From positions 559-64,558 of the forward strand of contig NSIM01000009.1 in NCBI GenBank assembly GCA_002737705.1: a DNA stretch of 64,000 bases, read 5' to 3'. Position 1 is the stretch's first letter. Every line of letters begins with the position of its first letter. The translations under genes and the position numbers were made by a program. The stretch comes from Flavobacteriales bacterium (lineage in GTDB: Bacteria; Bacteroidota; Bacteroidia; NS11-12g; UBA955). Positions 47,277 to 57,380 of the stretch are shown one piece after another. A model generated the notes under the pieces. That model was not told the origin of the DNA, did no database searches, and saw only the letters and a list, made by a program, of their open reading frames with translations.

Positions 47277-48584
47277 ATGGCAGTATTTGAAATTGAAGGT
47301 GGGCACAAACTCGAGGGTGAAATTACCCCGCAAGGTGCCAAAAATGAAGCGCTTCAAGTGATTTGCGCAGTACTTCTCACTGCAGATCCTATTACAATAA
47401 ACAATATCCCTGAAATTAGCGATGTTCTCAAACTAATTGACCTATTGAAAAGTTTGGGTGTAAAAGTGACGCGCAATGAAAGAGGTTCTTTCACCTTTCA
47501 AGCCGATAAAATTGATATTGAATTTCTCAATACCGCAGAATTTAAAACACAAGGTGCGGCATTGCGTGGTTCTATTATGATCGTTGGTCCTTTGCTTTCT
47601 CGCTTTGGCCGCGGCTATATCCCATCGCCAGGTGGTGATAAAATCGGTCGTAGACGTTTAGACACCCACTTTGAAGGATTTGTCAATTTGGGCGCAAAAT
47701 TCGAATTCCAAGCAGAAAATAATTTCTACAAGGTTTCCGCCGATAAATTAAAAGGTTGTTTCATGCTCTTGGATGAGGCTTCTGTGACCGGCACTGCCAA
47801 TATTTTGATGGCCGCCGTCTTGGCAGAAGGAATTACCACCATTTACAATGCCGCTTGCGAACCCTATCTGCAACAACTTTGTTTGATGCTAAACAGCATG
47901 GGTGCCAAAATTACTGGCATTGGCTCAAACCAACTCACCATCGAAGGGGTTACCGCACTTAAAGGATGCGAACACCGTTGCTTACCCGATATGATTGAAA
48001 TCGGAAGCTTTATTGGCATGGCGGCCATCACACAGAGTGAAATTACCTTAAAAGGATGTCGAATTGATATGCTCGGCATCATCCCCAAAATGTTCCAACG
48101 ATTGGGGGTTAAATTGGAAATCCACGGCGACGATATTTATATCCCTGCCATGGATCATTACGAAATTGATACATTTATTGATGGCTCTATACTCACCGTT
48201 TCCGATCAAATTTGGCCAGGCTTTACCCCTGATTTGATTTCGATTGCACTGGTAACAGCCACCCAGGCTAGAGGAACTGTGTTGATTCATCAAAAGATGT
48301 TTGAAAGTCGTTTGTTTTTTGTAGACAATCTAATCGATATGGGCGCTCAAATCATCCTTTGCGACCCTCATCGTTGTACCGTAATAGGCTTGGACCGCAG
48401 AACCCAGCTCAAAGGCATTATGATGAGTTCTCCCGACATTAGAGCGGGTGTAGCACTGCTCATTGCTGCAATGAGTGCAAAAGGCAAGAGCACAATTAAA
48501 AACATCGAACAAATTGATCGGGGTTATGAGCGCATCGAAGAAAGGTTGAACGCCTTGGGTGCGAAAATCACGCGCATCGATTAA
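47277..48584 (+). CDS. murA: UDP-N-acetylglucosamine 1-carboxyvinyltransferase
   Basis: 435 aa. The blocks are GAKNEALQV, the GGDKIGRRRLDTH loop, the active-site-region pattern, and IDRGYERIEERLNALGAKI at the C-terminus. Confidence 0.95.
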   Translation: MAVFEIEGGHKLEGEITPQGAKNEALQVICAVLLTADPITINNIPEISDVLKLIDLLKSLGVKVTRNERGSFTFQADKIDIEFLNTAEFKTQGAALRGSIMIVGPLLSRFGRGYIPSPGGDKIGRRRLDTHFEGFVNLGAKFEFQAENNFYKVSADKLKGCFMLLDEASVTGTANILMAAVLAEGITTIYNAACEPYLQQLCLMLNSMGAKITGIGSNQLTIEGVTALKGCEHRCLPDMIEIGSFIGMAAITQSEITLKGCRIDMLGIIPKMFQRLGVKLEIHGDDIYIPAMDHYEIDTFIDGSILTVSDQIWPGFTPDLISIALVTATQARGTVLIHQKMFESRLFFVDNLIDMGAQIILCDPHRCTVIGLDRRTQLKGIMMSSPDIRAGVALLIAAMSAKGKSTIKNIEQIDRGYERIEERLNALGAKITRID

Positions 48585-48585
48585 G

Positions 48586-50076
48586 CTATTTCTTACATTT
48601 CCCCAGTGATGTGCTAAGACCAAAATATAAGTTTAATCCCTTTACTTTATTGGTTAAAAAGGCGGATACGACATTGTCTGAACCCAAAAAAATGGGGCCT
48701 AATCGAAAATAACTTCCCACCATTGGCATGCGATAATCTTGAAAAAGTCCCAATGGCATCGAAAATTCAAGCCACTTGGTTTCGATACGAGGCACTATAA
48801 CCAAAGACGAAGGCTGTCTGAATCCGATTTTTTGGGCAGATACCAGTGATTGTCGCAACTGCGCTGCCACATAAAAAAATGAAGCAAGACGCATGTCTCC
48901 TTGAAGCTGAATTTGCGTTGGCAAATCAACCCGACTGAGTGATTTTAATTCGGTATAATTCATATTTTGTTTGGCAAAATCCTCAATATATTGAAAACCC
49001 TCAACCGAACCTTTTGCAAAGGCAGCAGAAAATGATGAATCGATTCGTAAAATTTGGGGTTGTGAATTATTCATGCGAAAGCTTTTTGTTTGGTTCCCAT
49101 AATTTACATTTCCCCAATCGGTAAGTGCCGCGGAAAATCTCCAGCGATAATTTCTGGCACCAGGATTTCCCAACCAGTTGTCTTTTACTTGGCTAACTAG
49201 ACTACCCCGACCACCTTCGATGGATAGACCAAAATCAAATCCCAAGCCACTGCCTATAATATTGCGCACCATGGGAAGTCCTCCGACAATAAATCCCTGT
49301 AAAAACCTTTGCATAAATTGTCCTTGGGAATATGAAACCTGTAGATTGCTTTTAACAATACGCAGGGAGTCGTGATTGAAGTCCTCGATTTGCAGGCCCT
49401 CGGAAATAATTGATACATGCCCCAAGCCCATCAAATATTTCCCCGTGACGCCCATTGACATTTTTATTTTTTTTTGATCTACCATTGTCATTGCCATCGA
49501 TGCACTTAATTCTTGGTAGGCGTTGGCTTGAAACGAAAATGGTTGCGGAGCAATTAATACCCATAAATCCTTGGGCATAGGGCTTGCATTCAAAAGATAG
49601 TTTACATAATTTACGGTGCCTTGCGATATATGTTTTATTGCTATATTGCTCCGCGTCCTTGAGGCAACTGCCCACACGAACCGATTACCCACCCGTTTTG
49701 CATAGGAAGGCCCACGCCATTCCAAATTCAAATTTCCCCAACCCTCAACCCCAACAGATTGGGCTTGAAGAAAGGTATTCTTCCATTGAATGCGTCCTTT
49801 TGAATTCAGATATTGTTGGGGAACATTCCCATTAATGGCTTGCCAGAGGCTAAATGGCGTGTTGAGAGAAACCATGTTGTTTTGAATATCGGCAGAGAAT
49901 GTTGAAAGATTGGAATGTCTTTTATATTGCATCGATGCAAGCAATGCTGGATTGGAAAACAAAGAATGTACACCTGCAAAATTGCTGCTTTGCAGTCCTG
50001 AAAAAGACTGTGCTTTGATAGATTGCGCCTGCAAAAGAAAAACAATCGCTAGAAAGAGATTGGGTCTTGAAAACAT
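48586..50076 (-). CDS. Outer-membrane beta-barrel-like protein of unknown function (DUF5723 / PorP-SprF-like N-terminal motif)
   Basis: Track ORF 48586..50310 trimmed to ATG 50076 (MFSRPNLFLAIVFLLQAQSIKAQ signal peptide). It has NFAGVHSLFSNPALLA near the N-terminus and beta-rich sequence throughout. The family assignment is tentative. Confidence 0.6.
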   Translation of the reverse strand: MFSRPNLFLAIVFLLQAQSIKAQSFSGLQSSNFAGVHSLFSNPALLASMQYKRHSNLSTFSADIQNNMVSLNTPFSLWQAINGNVPQQYLNSKGRIQWKNTFLQAQSVGVEGWGNLNLEWRGPSYAKRVGNRFVWAVASRTRSNIAIKHISQGTVNYVNYLLNASPMPKDLWVLIAPQPFSFQANAYQELSASMAMTMVDQKKIKMSMGVTGKYLMGLGHVSIISEGLQIEDFNHDSLRIVKSNLQVSYSQGQFMQRFLQGFIVGGLPMVRNIIGSGLGFDFGLSIEGGRGSLVSQVKDNWLGNPGARNYRWRFSAALTDWGNVNYGNQTKSFRMNNSQPQILRIDSSFSAAFAKGSVEGFQYIEDFAKQNMNYTELKSLSRVDLPTQIQLQGDMRLASFFYVAAQLRQSLVSAQKIGFRQPSSLVIVPRIETKWLEFSMPLGLFQDYRMPMVGSYFRLGPIFLGSDNVVSAFLTNKVKGLNLYFGLSTSLGKCKK

Positions 50077-50308
50077 GTGGGCGTGAGGATTTATGAGACA
50101 AGAAAAACGGCCCGAATCCAGGTTTTCCTGAATTGCTGAAATTCGGCCGAAAAAGCTGATATCAAATTTTTGGGCCCGCATTGAAAGTAGTATATGCCTT
50201 GCGCCTGTTTTCTTAGGATTTAGAACCAAAAAAAAGAGATTCCGCAAAATCCAGATTACACAACTATTGTCGAGATAGAATATGCGCTTAATCACATGTG
50301 CAAGTAAC

Positions 50309-50338
50309 AAAAAAAAGAGCCGGATACACCGGCTCTTT
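50309..50338 (-). terminator. Rho-independent terminator after the T9SS-cargo gene
   Basis: The minus-strand RNA is aaagagccgg-uguau-ccggcucuuu followed by a U-run (plus-strand aaaaaaaa at 50309-50316). It lies 20 nt downstream of the stop at 50359. Confidence 0.85.
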
Positions 50339-50358
50339 TCAACATATATTGGGTGTGA

Positions 50359-51720
50359 TTAGTTTATTGTCAATTTGCTTGTCATCCGGCCCACAGCACT
50401 TTCAAGGGTAAGCACATATATTCCCTTAGACAGACCTTCTGTATTGACAACAATTGAATTTGTACCAGCCACGAATTGTTTGGCAGATATGGCGCTCACA
50501 ACACGTCCATTCATGTCACTCAAAACCAGACGAACACTGGCATTTGAAGAGAGCATGAAAACAACATCCGTTTGGCTATTATTCGAAACGGGATTTGGAT
50601 ACACTTGAATACCAGAAATGCCTGTTTGAATATTTTGGGAAGACAAATTCAGTGTTGAAATTTTTAAAAAATTTGGAAAAAATATTGAAGATGCAAATAA
50701 TGTGCCTGGCAGATAGGATTTCAAGAACCCAAAAAGGATCGATCCGTAACGTAATTGAAAATTGGAAGCAAACATATTATTGATTTTGTTTGTTGAAAAA
50801 ATTTCTTGGGAGTGGTCAGCTAAACTGGCTAATCTCACACCATACGAATTGTATTTTTTGGTCCACTTGGATCCGTCGTACGCAATTCCTGTATCACCCA
50901 AAACACATTTTACCATCGGTTTGTATACTACCGTAAAAGCAAATAAATTGGAAAACCCGTTGGCACCACTGGTAGAAAGTGCCTTTACATTTACAGGAAT
51001 CTGTATGCCCCGTCCTATGAATGATTTCGGAGTTCCATTTTCGTATACCAAACTATCTGCCTCAGAGGCAGTAAGCAATAGCGTGTCAGTTCTTATGGCA
51101 GCGCTGTTCAACAAAGATTTGGTAGAGAATTTGTCGGTATTGGGTGTAGCATATCGGTGGGTTAATTTTGGTGTTGCATTGTAAGTATAACCACCCGTTT
51201 TGATACCTGTGAAATCAAAGTATTGAATATACACAGTATCAACTACATCAACGGTTTTACCAGCGACAATGGTTTTATCGAGCAAACGAATATAAAACTG
51301 GGTAAATGCCAATGAATCCACAGTATAAGGATTAAATCGTGTAAGCACCTGATTTCCGACTCCCAAAAAATTAGTATCTTTAGGATCAAACATGTTGCCA
51401 AAAACATGGAAGCCAATTTTTTGCTTAGTCCCATCTGCATAAACGGTATACAGTGTAGTATCGGGATAAATAAAAGAAACATATCCTGACAATTTCTGAC
51501 CCAAGAGTGTACTTTCTTCATAGGCTCCTGTATAATTGTACCAAGAACTGTAAGACTCACTTCGACGAACAGGCTGCAAAGTTTTGCCTTTTAATACGAA
51601 GGTGGTTTTACCTTGATGAATATTTTTTTGCTCCTTGGGAATATCAAAAGAAGCAATTTGGGCAAATGAAGACAAACTACAAAAAATTGGTAAGGTTAAT
51701 GCTAAGTATGATTTTTTCAT
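50359..51720 (-). CDS. Secreted protein of unknown function with T9SS C-terminal sorting domain
   Basis: 453 aa with signal peptide MKKSYLALTLPIFCSLSSFAQ. The C-terminus is VYPNPVSNNSQTDVVFMLSSNASVRLVLSDMNGRVV...GIYVLTLESAVGRMTSKLTIN. Confidence 0.75.
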   Translation of the reverse strand: MKKSYLALTLPIFCSLSSFAQIASFDIPKEQKNIHQGKTTFVLKGKTLQPVRRSESYSSWYNYTGAYEESTLLGQKLSGYVSFIYPDTTLYTVYADGTKQKIGFHVFGNMFDPKDTNFLGVGNQVLTRFNPYTVDSLAFTQFYIRLLDKTIVAGKTVDVVDTVYIQYFDFTGIKTGGYTYNATPKLTHRYATPNTDKFSTKSLLNSAAIRTDTLLLTASEADSLVYENGTPKSFIGRGIQIPVNVKALSTSGANGFSNLFAFTVVYKPMVKCVLGDTGIAYDGSKWTKKYNSYGVRLASLADHSQEIFSTNKINNMFASNFQLRYGSILFGFLKSYLPGTLFASSIFFPNFLKISTLNLSSQNIQTGISGIQVYPNPVSNNSQTDVVFMLSSNASVRLVLSDMNGRVVSAISAKQFVAGTNSIVVNTEGLSKGIYVLTLESAVGRMTSKLTIN

Positions 51721-51814
51721 TTTGAAACTTTTTTATATTCTACAAATTTAACAAAAAAAATTCATACCTGTATTATTTACCAGGAACTAGCCTTGAAAAG
51801 TCATTTCTGCGAAA

Positions 51815-52519
51815 TTAGATGTCGCCCAATAGCGGACGAATCAATACTTCTTCCATCACGGCACTTTCATTAATCTCAAAAGCTGCATAGATTGCGGTTG
51901 CTATATCTGTAGACTTCATAAAACGAGATTCAGGTAGATTGATCCCAGCCCAACTGTCTGTATAGGTTGCCCCGAGGATTACTGCACTAACAGCTATCCC
52001 ATAGGGCATACCCTCTAAGCGCAATGATTTTGAGAAGCCAAGCAGTGCAAATTTAGACAAAGAATAGGTTCCACCTGCGCTGTAAGCCATCAAACTGGCA
52101 ACACTACACAGGGTAAATACATGGGCTCTTGAAGAAACCTTAAGAACCGGCCAGAGACCTTTACTCACCCAATATGCAGAAGACACATTGGTATTCCACA
52201 GTTGTTGAAATTGTGCGTTAGACTCTTCCATCATTGTTCCGGGCATAAACATTCCCGTACTGTTTACCAAGACTGTTATATGGGTAAATTGTGCTTTGAT
52301 GGCTTCAATAGCCGATTGAGTTTGGGATTCATCACTTAAGTCGGCCGAATATATATACACCGATGGTGCACCCGCCTGCAATAAATCGCGCTTTGCATTT
52401 TCTAAATCACCGGTATTCCGAGAAACCAAAAACAACGAAAATCCGGCTTCCGCAAATCGCTTGGCTACGGCATATCCAATGCCTCTGCTTGCGCCCGTAA
52501 TAACGGCGGTGTAGATCAT
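51815..52519 (-). CDS. SDR family oxidoreductase
   Basis: 234 aa. The cofactor motif is VITGASRGIG and the catalytic YSLSK (YxxxK) is present. Confidence 0.9.
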   Translation of the reverse strand: MIYTAVITGASRGIGYAVAKRFAEAGFSLFLVSRNTGDLENAKRDLLQAGAPSVYIYSADLSDESQTQSAIEAIKAQFTHITVLVNSTGMFMPGTMMEESNAQFQQLWNTNVSSAYWVSKGLWPVLKVSSRAHVFTLCSVASLMAYSAGGTYSLSKFALLGFSKSLRLEGMPYGIAVSAVILGATYTDSWAGINLPESRFMKSTDIATAIYAAFEINESAVMEEVLIRPLLGDI

Positions 52520-52534
52520 GGACCAAAGGTAATA

Positions 52535-52924
52535 TTAACTCAACAAAAAAGGGACTTCTAGTTTGAATTCTGGAATACCCACGAAAAACTCCTCGGCAAG
52601 CAATGGTCTTTCAAAAATATAATGCCCACGCATTTGACCAAAAGCAGTTGGCAGAATACAGGAACTAGAATATTGGTGAATTTCATTGGGATTGAGGTTA
52701 GGCTGTAGTCCCAATACTCCTTGCCCTTCAACTATGCGCTGGATTCCAGTTGCATCTGTAATAATCCATTTGCGGCGAAGAAGTTTTACAGGATACATTC
52801 CCAAGTTTTCGATACTTACATGATAATGATAGACAAATTGATTTAACAGTGATTTGCTATGATGATCACTGAATTCCGAATATACAGAAACCTTAATATC
52901 ATTTGTTACTGCGAACACCTCCAT
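52535..52924 (-). CDS. apaG: ApaG (DUF525) protein
   Basis: 129 aa. F.Y.Y.V.I.N.G (FVYHYHVSIENLGMYPVKLLRRKWIITDATG) and GQGVLGLQP blocks are typical of ApaG. Confidence 0.85.
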   Translation of the reverse strand: MEVFAVTNDIKVSVYSEFSDHHSKSLLNQFVYHYHVSIENLGMYPVKLLRRKWIITDATGIQRIVEGQGVLGLQPNLNPNEIHQYSSSCILPTAFGQMRGHYIFERPLLAEEFFVGIPEFKLEVPFLLS

Positions 52925-52951
52925 AATATTGGTTTATTGCATTGTTGGCGT

Positions 52952-53287
52952 TTAGTCTTCTTCATCAGGATTAGACTTATGGGAATCCTCTTCTTCTTGG
53001 GGTTCCTGCTCCTCAGCATCCTCCTCTTCAATGTCTTTACTCTTTACCGCTGTTCTGATGAGTGCATCTAAATCTTCATTGGTAAGAACCTCCTTGGCCC
53101 TTGCACTGATCTTAACCAAATAATTGGTGGTTTCTGTTTCTATTCGGACTGCAGTAACAATTTGACCCAAGGAATTGGGATAACGAATTGTTTTACCGGT
53201 AACACCTGTTGGATAAGTTTCATCAAACAAATCGAGTAAGTCTGGTGTGAGCTTGTTGAAGTCTATTACAACTTTGGGCTTATCCAT
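52952..53287 (-). CDS. Hypothetical protein with highly acidic C-terminal tail
   Basis: Track ORF (TTG 53293) trimmed to ATG 53287 (MDKPKVVIDFNKLTPDLLDLFDETYP...). The tail is EEEDAEEQEPQEEEDSHKSNPDEED. No family was recognised. Confidence 0.6.
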   Translation of the reverse strand: MDKPKVVIDFNKLTPDLLDLFDETYPTGVTGKTIRYPNSLGQIVTAVRIETETTNYLVKISARAKEVLTNEDLDALIRTAVKSKDIEEEDAEEQEPQEEEDSHKSNPDEED

Positions 53288-53407
53288 TAACAATCATTTT
53301 TTATACAAAACAACAATAGAAACTTCAAAGTCAAAAACAGTTTTAAAAATATTTTATCGAATGCCCCTAATTTGCAATTTTCGTCAATAAAATTAGTAGG
53401 CTTAGAA

Positions 53408-55261
53408 TTAGCGATTCATGCTAATTAAAAACTCATTGTTGTCTTTGGTGTTTTGCATGTATTTAAGAAAGGTATTCATTGCCTCCTCAGAATTCATGTC
53501 GGCCAAATGATTTCGAAGAACCCACATTCTTTGGTTGGTTATTTTGTCTACCAACAAATCATCCCGTCGCGTACTTGAACTTAAAATATCAATGGCTGGG
53601 AAAATGCGTTTGTTCGACAATTTGCGATCCAATTGCAATTCCATATTACCAGTTCCTTTAAATTCTTCGAAGATTACCTCGTCCATTTTAGAACCCGTAT
53701 CGGTAAGAGCCGTGGCAATTATGGTGAGTGATCCACCACCCTCAATATTGCGTGCGGCACCAAAGAAACGTTTGGGCTTGTGCAAGGCATTTGCATCAAC
53801 ACCCCCAGACAATATTTTGCCTGATGCAGGCTGAACTGTATTGTAAGCACGAGCCAAACGTGTAATTGAGTCGAGTAAAATCACCACATCATGGCCACAT
53901 TCAACCAATCGTTTGGCTTTTTCGAGAACCATATTCGTAAGTTTTACGTGTTTGTCTGCAGGCTCATCAAATGTCGAAGCAACGACTTCGGCACGCACAC
54001 TCCGGGCCATGTCTGTAACTTCTTCGGGGCGCTCATCAATCAATAGAATAATCATATATACTTCCGGATGATTGTTGGCTATCGCATTTGCGATGCCTTT
54101 AAGCAACCAGGTTTTACCCGTTTTGGGCTGTGCTACAATCAATCCCCGCTGACCCTTTCCGATAGGAGATATCAAATCGATAATGCGGTTTGGATAATTG
54201 GTGGCGCCATCACACAAATCGAGTTTTTCGTCTGGGAACAAAGGAGTAAGATGTTCAAATGCCACCCGGTCGCGCACTTCCTCCGGAGATCTCCCATTAA
54301 TACTTTCAATTTTTACCAAGCAAAAATATTTCTCATTTTCCTTGGGGGGCCGAATACTTCCACGAACGGTATCTCCTGTTTTGAGACCATTTTGTTTAAT
54401 CATAAAACCGGGGATGTAGACATCATCGGGAGAGGCTACATAGTTGTAATCGGAAGAGCGAAGAAATCCGTATCCATCTGGAACCGTTTCAAGAACACCT
54501 TGTGTGGTCACCACCCCGTCTAACTCCGTAAACTGAGCCAATGCTTCACGGCGACGTTTATCCTCTGCACTCAAAGGAAGTTCTAGCTTTACTGGAAGCA
54601 CTCCATCGTTGTTTGGTGGACTGTTTTCGGCATTGGAATCGTTTCGTATTTCATTTCTATCACCCGTTAATCGGGGTTCTCTAGATTGATTTTTACGCAT
54701 ATTGCGATCAGTTTTTTCAATTCTAACAGGATTGTTATCGGAACGCAAACCATTGGATTCTTGGCTTTGTTCGAATCGAACATTTTCTCGACTATCGATC
54801 GTGTCATACTTGGTAGTTGTGTCTCTATTTCGCTGAAAAGGGGTTAATTTACGCTGCCCCAAAGGCCCCGAGTTGGGAACAATTTCGACAGTAGGAGATT
54901 CTGTATTGGGTGTCTGGATAGCTGTTTCTACTGGGGCAACTGCGTCGCTGTCTACAAAATCTGGATTTATTGTAGGAAGAGGAGAAACAGTCTGGTTCAC
55001 TTTTTCTGAGTCGGATCCCGAGAAATTTTTTCGCAAACGCCGTCCTTTTGATGGATTTTGGGCGGCATCTTCCGACATGGGTGGACTGGATTCTATCACA
55101 TCACCAGGTTCTGATTGTGTTGATAAATTGTTAGCTCCTGCCTGAATGGCAGCAATCAATTCGCCTTTTTTGAATTTTTCGGCGTTGCGAATCTGTAAAG
55201 TTTCGGCGAGCGTGCGCAATTCTGCCACGCCCATTTTTGAGAAATCTGGTCTATCGGCCAT
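53408..55261 (-). CDS. rho: Transcription termination factor Rho with ~190-aa N-terminal insertion domain
   Basis: 617 aa. The Rho_N helix pair is [31 protein letters not shown]. The RNA-binding domain is [15 protein letters not shown]. Walker A is [10 protein letters not shown], with the [10 protein letters not shown] and [17 protein letters not shown] blocks. Confidence 0.95.
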   Translation of the reverse strand: MADRPDFSKMGVAELRTLAETLQIRNAEKFKKGELIAAIQAGANNLSTQSEPGDVIESSPPMSEDAAQNPSKGRRLRKNFSGSDSEKVNQTVSPLPTINPDFVDSDAVAPVETAIQTPNTESPTVEIVPNSGPLGQRKLTPFQRNRDTTTKYDTIDSRENVRFEQSQESNGLRSDNNPVRIEKTDRNMRKNQSREPRLTGDRNEIRNDSNAENSPPNNDGVLPVKLELPLSAEDKRRREALAQFTELDGVVTTQGVLETVPDGYGFLRSSDYNYVASPDDVYIPGFMIKQNGLKTGDTVRGSIRPPKENEKYFCLVKIESINGRSPEEVRDRVAFEHLTPLFPDEKLDLCDGATNYPNRIIDLISPIGKGQRGLIVAQPKTGKTWLLKGIANAIANNHPEVYMIILLIDERPEEVTDMARSVRAEVVASTFDEPADKHVKLTNMVLEKAKRLVECGHDVVILLDSITRLARAYNTVQPASGKILSGGVDANALHKPKRFFGAARNIEGGGSLTIIATALTDTGSKMDEVIFEEFKGTGNMELQLDRKLSNKRIFPAIDILSSSTRRDDLLVDKITNQRMWVLRNHLADMNSEEAMNTFLKYMQNTKDNNEFLISMNR

Positions 55262-55496
55262 AATTGATAATCGTATTCAACAAGTTTTGGAATGGGTAAT
55301 TTAGGTAGGAAAATTATGGGTTTGCAGACGAGCAACACCCAAACTCGGAACAAATATAAACCAAAATTCTTTGCTAAAAAATATTTTTTGCCTCCTAACG
55401 AAAAAAATCCAACTATAGATTGTGTTATGCCACCAAAAAAATAGATCTATCAATGAATCTATTATTGAGTAAAAGCGATACATTGATTGATGGTAT

Positions 55497-55556
55497 TTTG
55501 CACCGCCTGGAGGTGATTTGTGCCGCCTGGTGTTGATTTGCACTGCCTGGTGATGA
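55497..55556. repeat. Three head-to-tail 20-bp tandem repeats in the rho-crcB divergent intergenic region
   Basis: The units are tttgcaccgcctggaggtga (55497-55516), tttgtgccgcctggtgttga (55517-36) and tttgcactgcctggtgatga (55537-56). The consensus is TTTGYRCYGCCTGGWGNTGA. The period is not a multiple of 3. Confidence 0.85.
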
Positions 55557-55733
55557 TGATTAAAAAGTCTGGGACTGCCCTAAAGATTGCTCTGTTAAAC
55601 GGAGCAAACCCAATCTCTTTCATATCGTTTTCCCCATCGAGATTTTAATGTAGAATAAATATTTTTATCCCCCGCAGTATAAAATTACCCTTGCCCAATG
55701 AAATGAAACGCTTGAATGAATTAAATTCGCCCA

Positions 55734-56105
55734 ATGATCAAGCCCTATTTGGCATTATACCTGATTGCAGGCGGTTCTTGCGGAACGCTTATGCGTTGGT
55801 GCTTGTCTCATTTTCTGCCCTTTGATCCCCATTCTTTCGCCAAGTCTACATTTTTGATAAACATGTTGGCTTGTTTGCTTACGGGTTTTCTGTGGAAATG
55901 GATCCCAGAAGAGGCCGAATCTACAAAATTGTTTTGGATTGTTGGCTTTGGGGGAAGTTTTAGCACATTTTCTGCATTGGGTTTTGAATTGTTCTCTTAT
56001 CTGCAACATAACAAATACGAATTGGCCTTGGTGTATGGTCTATCTTCTTTAATTTTAGGAATTATAATGGTATGGTTCGGTCAGCGATTATTGGCATATT
56101 GTTAA
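55734..56105 (+). CDS. crcB: Fluoride ion channel CrcB/FluC
   Basis: 123 aa with four TM segments and the paired motifs GGSCGTLMRW and GFGGSFSTFS. Confidence 0.9.
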   Translation: MIKPYLALYLIAGGSCGTLMRWCLSHFLPFDPHSFAKSTFLINMLACLLTGFLWKWIPEEAESTKLFWIVGFGGSFSTFSALGFELFSYLQHNKYELALVYGLSSLILGIIMVWFGQRLLAYC

Positions 56106-57331
56106 TTTTGACCCATTCGTTGGGTGCGATGCAAATCATTATTCCAATGGATGTTTCCCAAAAAAATCACTTGAAAGCCTATGGTATTGCATTTTGGATG
56201 CTCCAGAAACAACGTGAAATACAATGGTTATTGAATTATAATGGGGGTAGTTTTATGTTCGATTATGCCAAGGATGTAGAACTAGAATGTAAAATCAGGG
56301 GGGTGAATTATGACATTATTAGCGACGGTGCTGCCAATGCAATTATAACCCAAATCCAAGATCCTTCTGTAAATATGAACGCCATTAAATTGCTAAATGC
56401 TCCCAAAATTGCTGTTTACTCTCCAAAAACCAAACAACCTTGGGACGATGCCGTTACAATGGTTCTTACCTATGCCGAAATTCCTTACGATGTAATATTC
56501 GATGATGAAGTTTTGGATGAAAAATTGCTCAATTACGATTGGCTGCACTTACACCATGAAGATTTTACGGGTCAATTTGGCAAATTTTACAGCAGTTACA
56601 GTTCGGCGCCTTGGTATCTTGCAGAAGTAAAAGAAACAGAAACAATGGCAAAAAAACATGGCTATGCATCTGCCAGAGAATTGAAACTGGCAACAGCCGT
56701 TAAAATTAGAAATTTTATATTGGGTGGTGGTTTTTTGTTTGCCATGTGCAGTGCCACCGACACCTATGATATCGCTATGGCCGCATCCGAAACCGATATA
56801 TGCGAAGAAATATTCGATGGTAGTCCTGCAGATCCAAATGCCCAATCAAAATTACAATTCGACCGGTGTCTTGCTTTCAAAAACTTTACGCTGAATACAG
56901 ATCCTTTTTATTACGAGTTTAGCAATATTGATGTTGACCCAGATTATAGAAGGGTGGGCGAAGCAGATGATTTATTCACGCTTTTTGATTATTCTGCAAA
57001 ATGGGACTTGATACCGAGTATTCTATGCCAGAATCACACCAGAACAATCAAGGGATTCATGGGGCAAACAACCGCATTTCGTTCGGATTTTGTTCGAAGC
57101 GATGTTCTGGTCATGGGTGAAAATGCATTACTCAATGAATCCCGCTACCTTCACGGAGAATTGGGAAAAGGAACCTGGACGTTTTATGGGGGCCATGATC
57201 CAGAAGACTATCAACATTTTATTGGGGAACAGCCCACCGACTTAAATTTGCATCCAAACAGTCCGGGATACCGTCTCATCCTAAACAATATACTGTTTCC
57301 TTCGGCCAAAAAGACGAAACAAAAAACCTGA
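56072..57331 (+). CDS. Conserved protein of unknown function (419 aa)
   Basis: ATG ORF overlapping the crcB 3' end by 34 nt; an alternative ATG at 56129 (MQIIIPMDVSQKNHLKAYG...) removes the overlap. Notable blocks are DWLHLHHEDFTGQFGKFY and GGGFLFAMCSATDT. I vaguely recall homologues auto-annotated as asparagine synthetase B-like but cannot verify this. No catalytic assignment is supported. Confidence 0.65.
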   Translation: MVRSAIIGILLILTHSLGAMQIIIPMDVSQKNHLKAYGIAFWMLQKQREIQWLLNYNGGSFMFDYAKDVELECKIRGVNYDIISDGAANAIITQIQDPSVNMNAIKLLNAPKIAVYSPKTKQPWDDAVTMVLTYAEIPYDVIFDDEVLDEKLLNYDWLHLHHEDFTGQFGKFYSSYSSAPWYLAEVKETETMAKKHGYASARELKLATAVKIRNFILGGGFLFAMCSATDTYDIAMAASETDICEEIFDGSPADPNAQSKLQFDRCLAFKNFTLNTDPFYYEFSNIDVDPDYRRVGEADDLFTLFDYSAKWDLIPSILCQNHTRTIKGFMGQTTAFRSDFVRSDVLVMGENALLNESRYLHGELGKGTWTFYGGHDPEDYQHFIGEQPTDLNLHPNSPGYRLILNNILFPSAKKTKQKT

Positions 57332-57380
57332 CACAGTACAAGTACAAACCTGAGCAGTCATTAGAAACTTGAAACCCCAA

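Noticed and set aside
50077-50310. Extension of the outer-membrane protein ORF to 50310.
   Set aside because: The ATG at 50076 is followed directly by a signal peptide. The upstream 78 codons run through the terminator hairpin of the neighbouring gene.
55497-55556. Could the 20-bp repeats be a mini CRISPR array?
   Set aside because: The units are contiguous with no spacers, are only 20 bp long with three copies, and no cas genes occur in the window.
55497-55733. Fluoride (crcB-motif) riboswitch expected upstream of crcB. The repeats contain GGUGAU...CGCC and ACUGCC..UGAUGAUGAUU strings, which superficially echo the conserved GGnGAUG...CnCC and GCUGAUGAU..CCU cores.
   Set aside because: I could not draw the required P3 hairpin between ACUGCC and UGAUGA. 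The pseudoknot partner for the P1 loop is missing. The conserved AACCGC and CCUAC elements are absent. The resemblance comes from the repeat's own UGAUGA content. A covariance-model scan (Rfam RF01734) would settle it.
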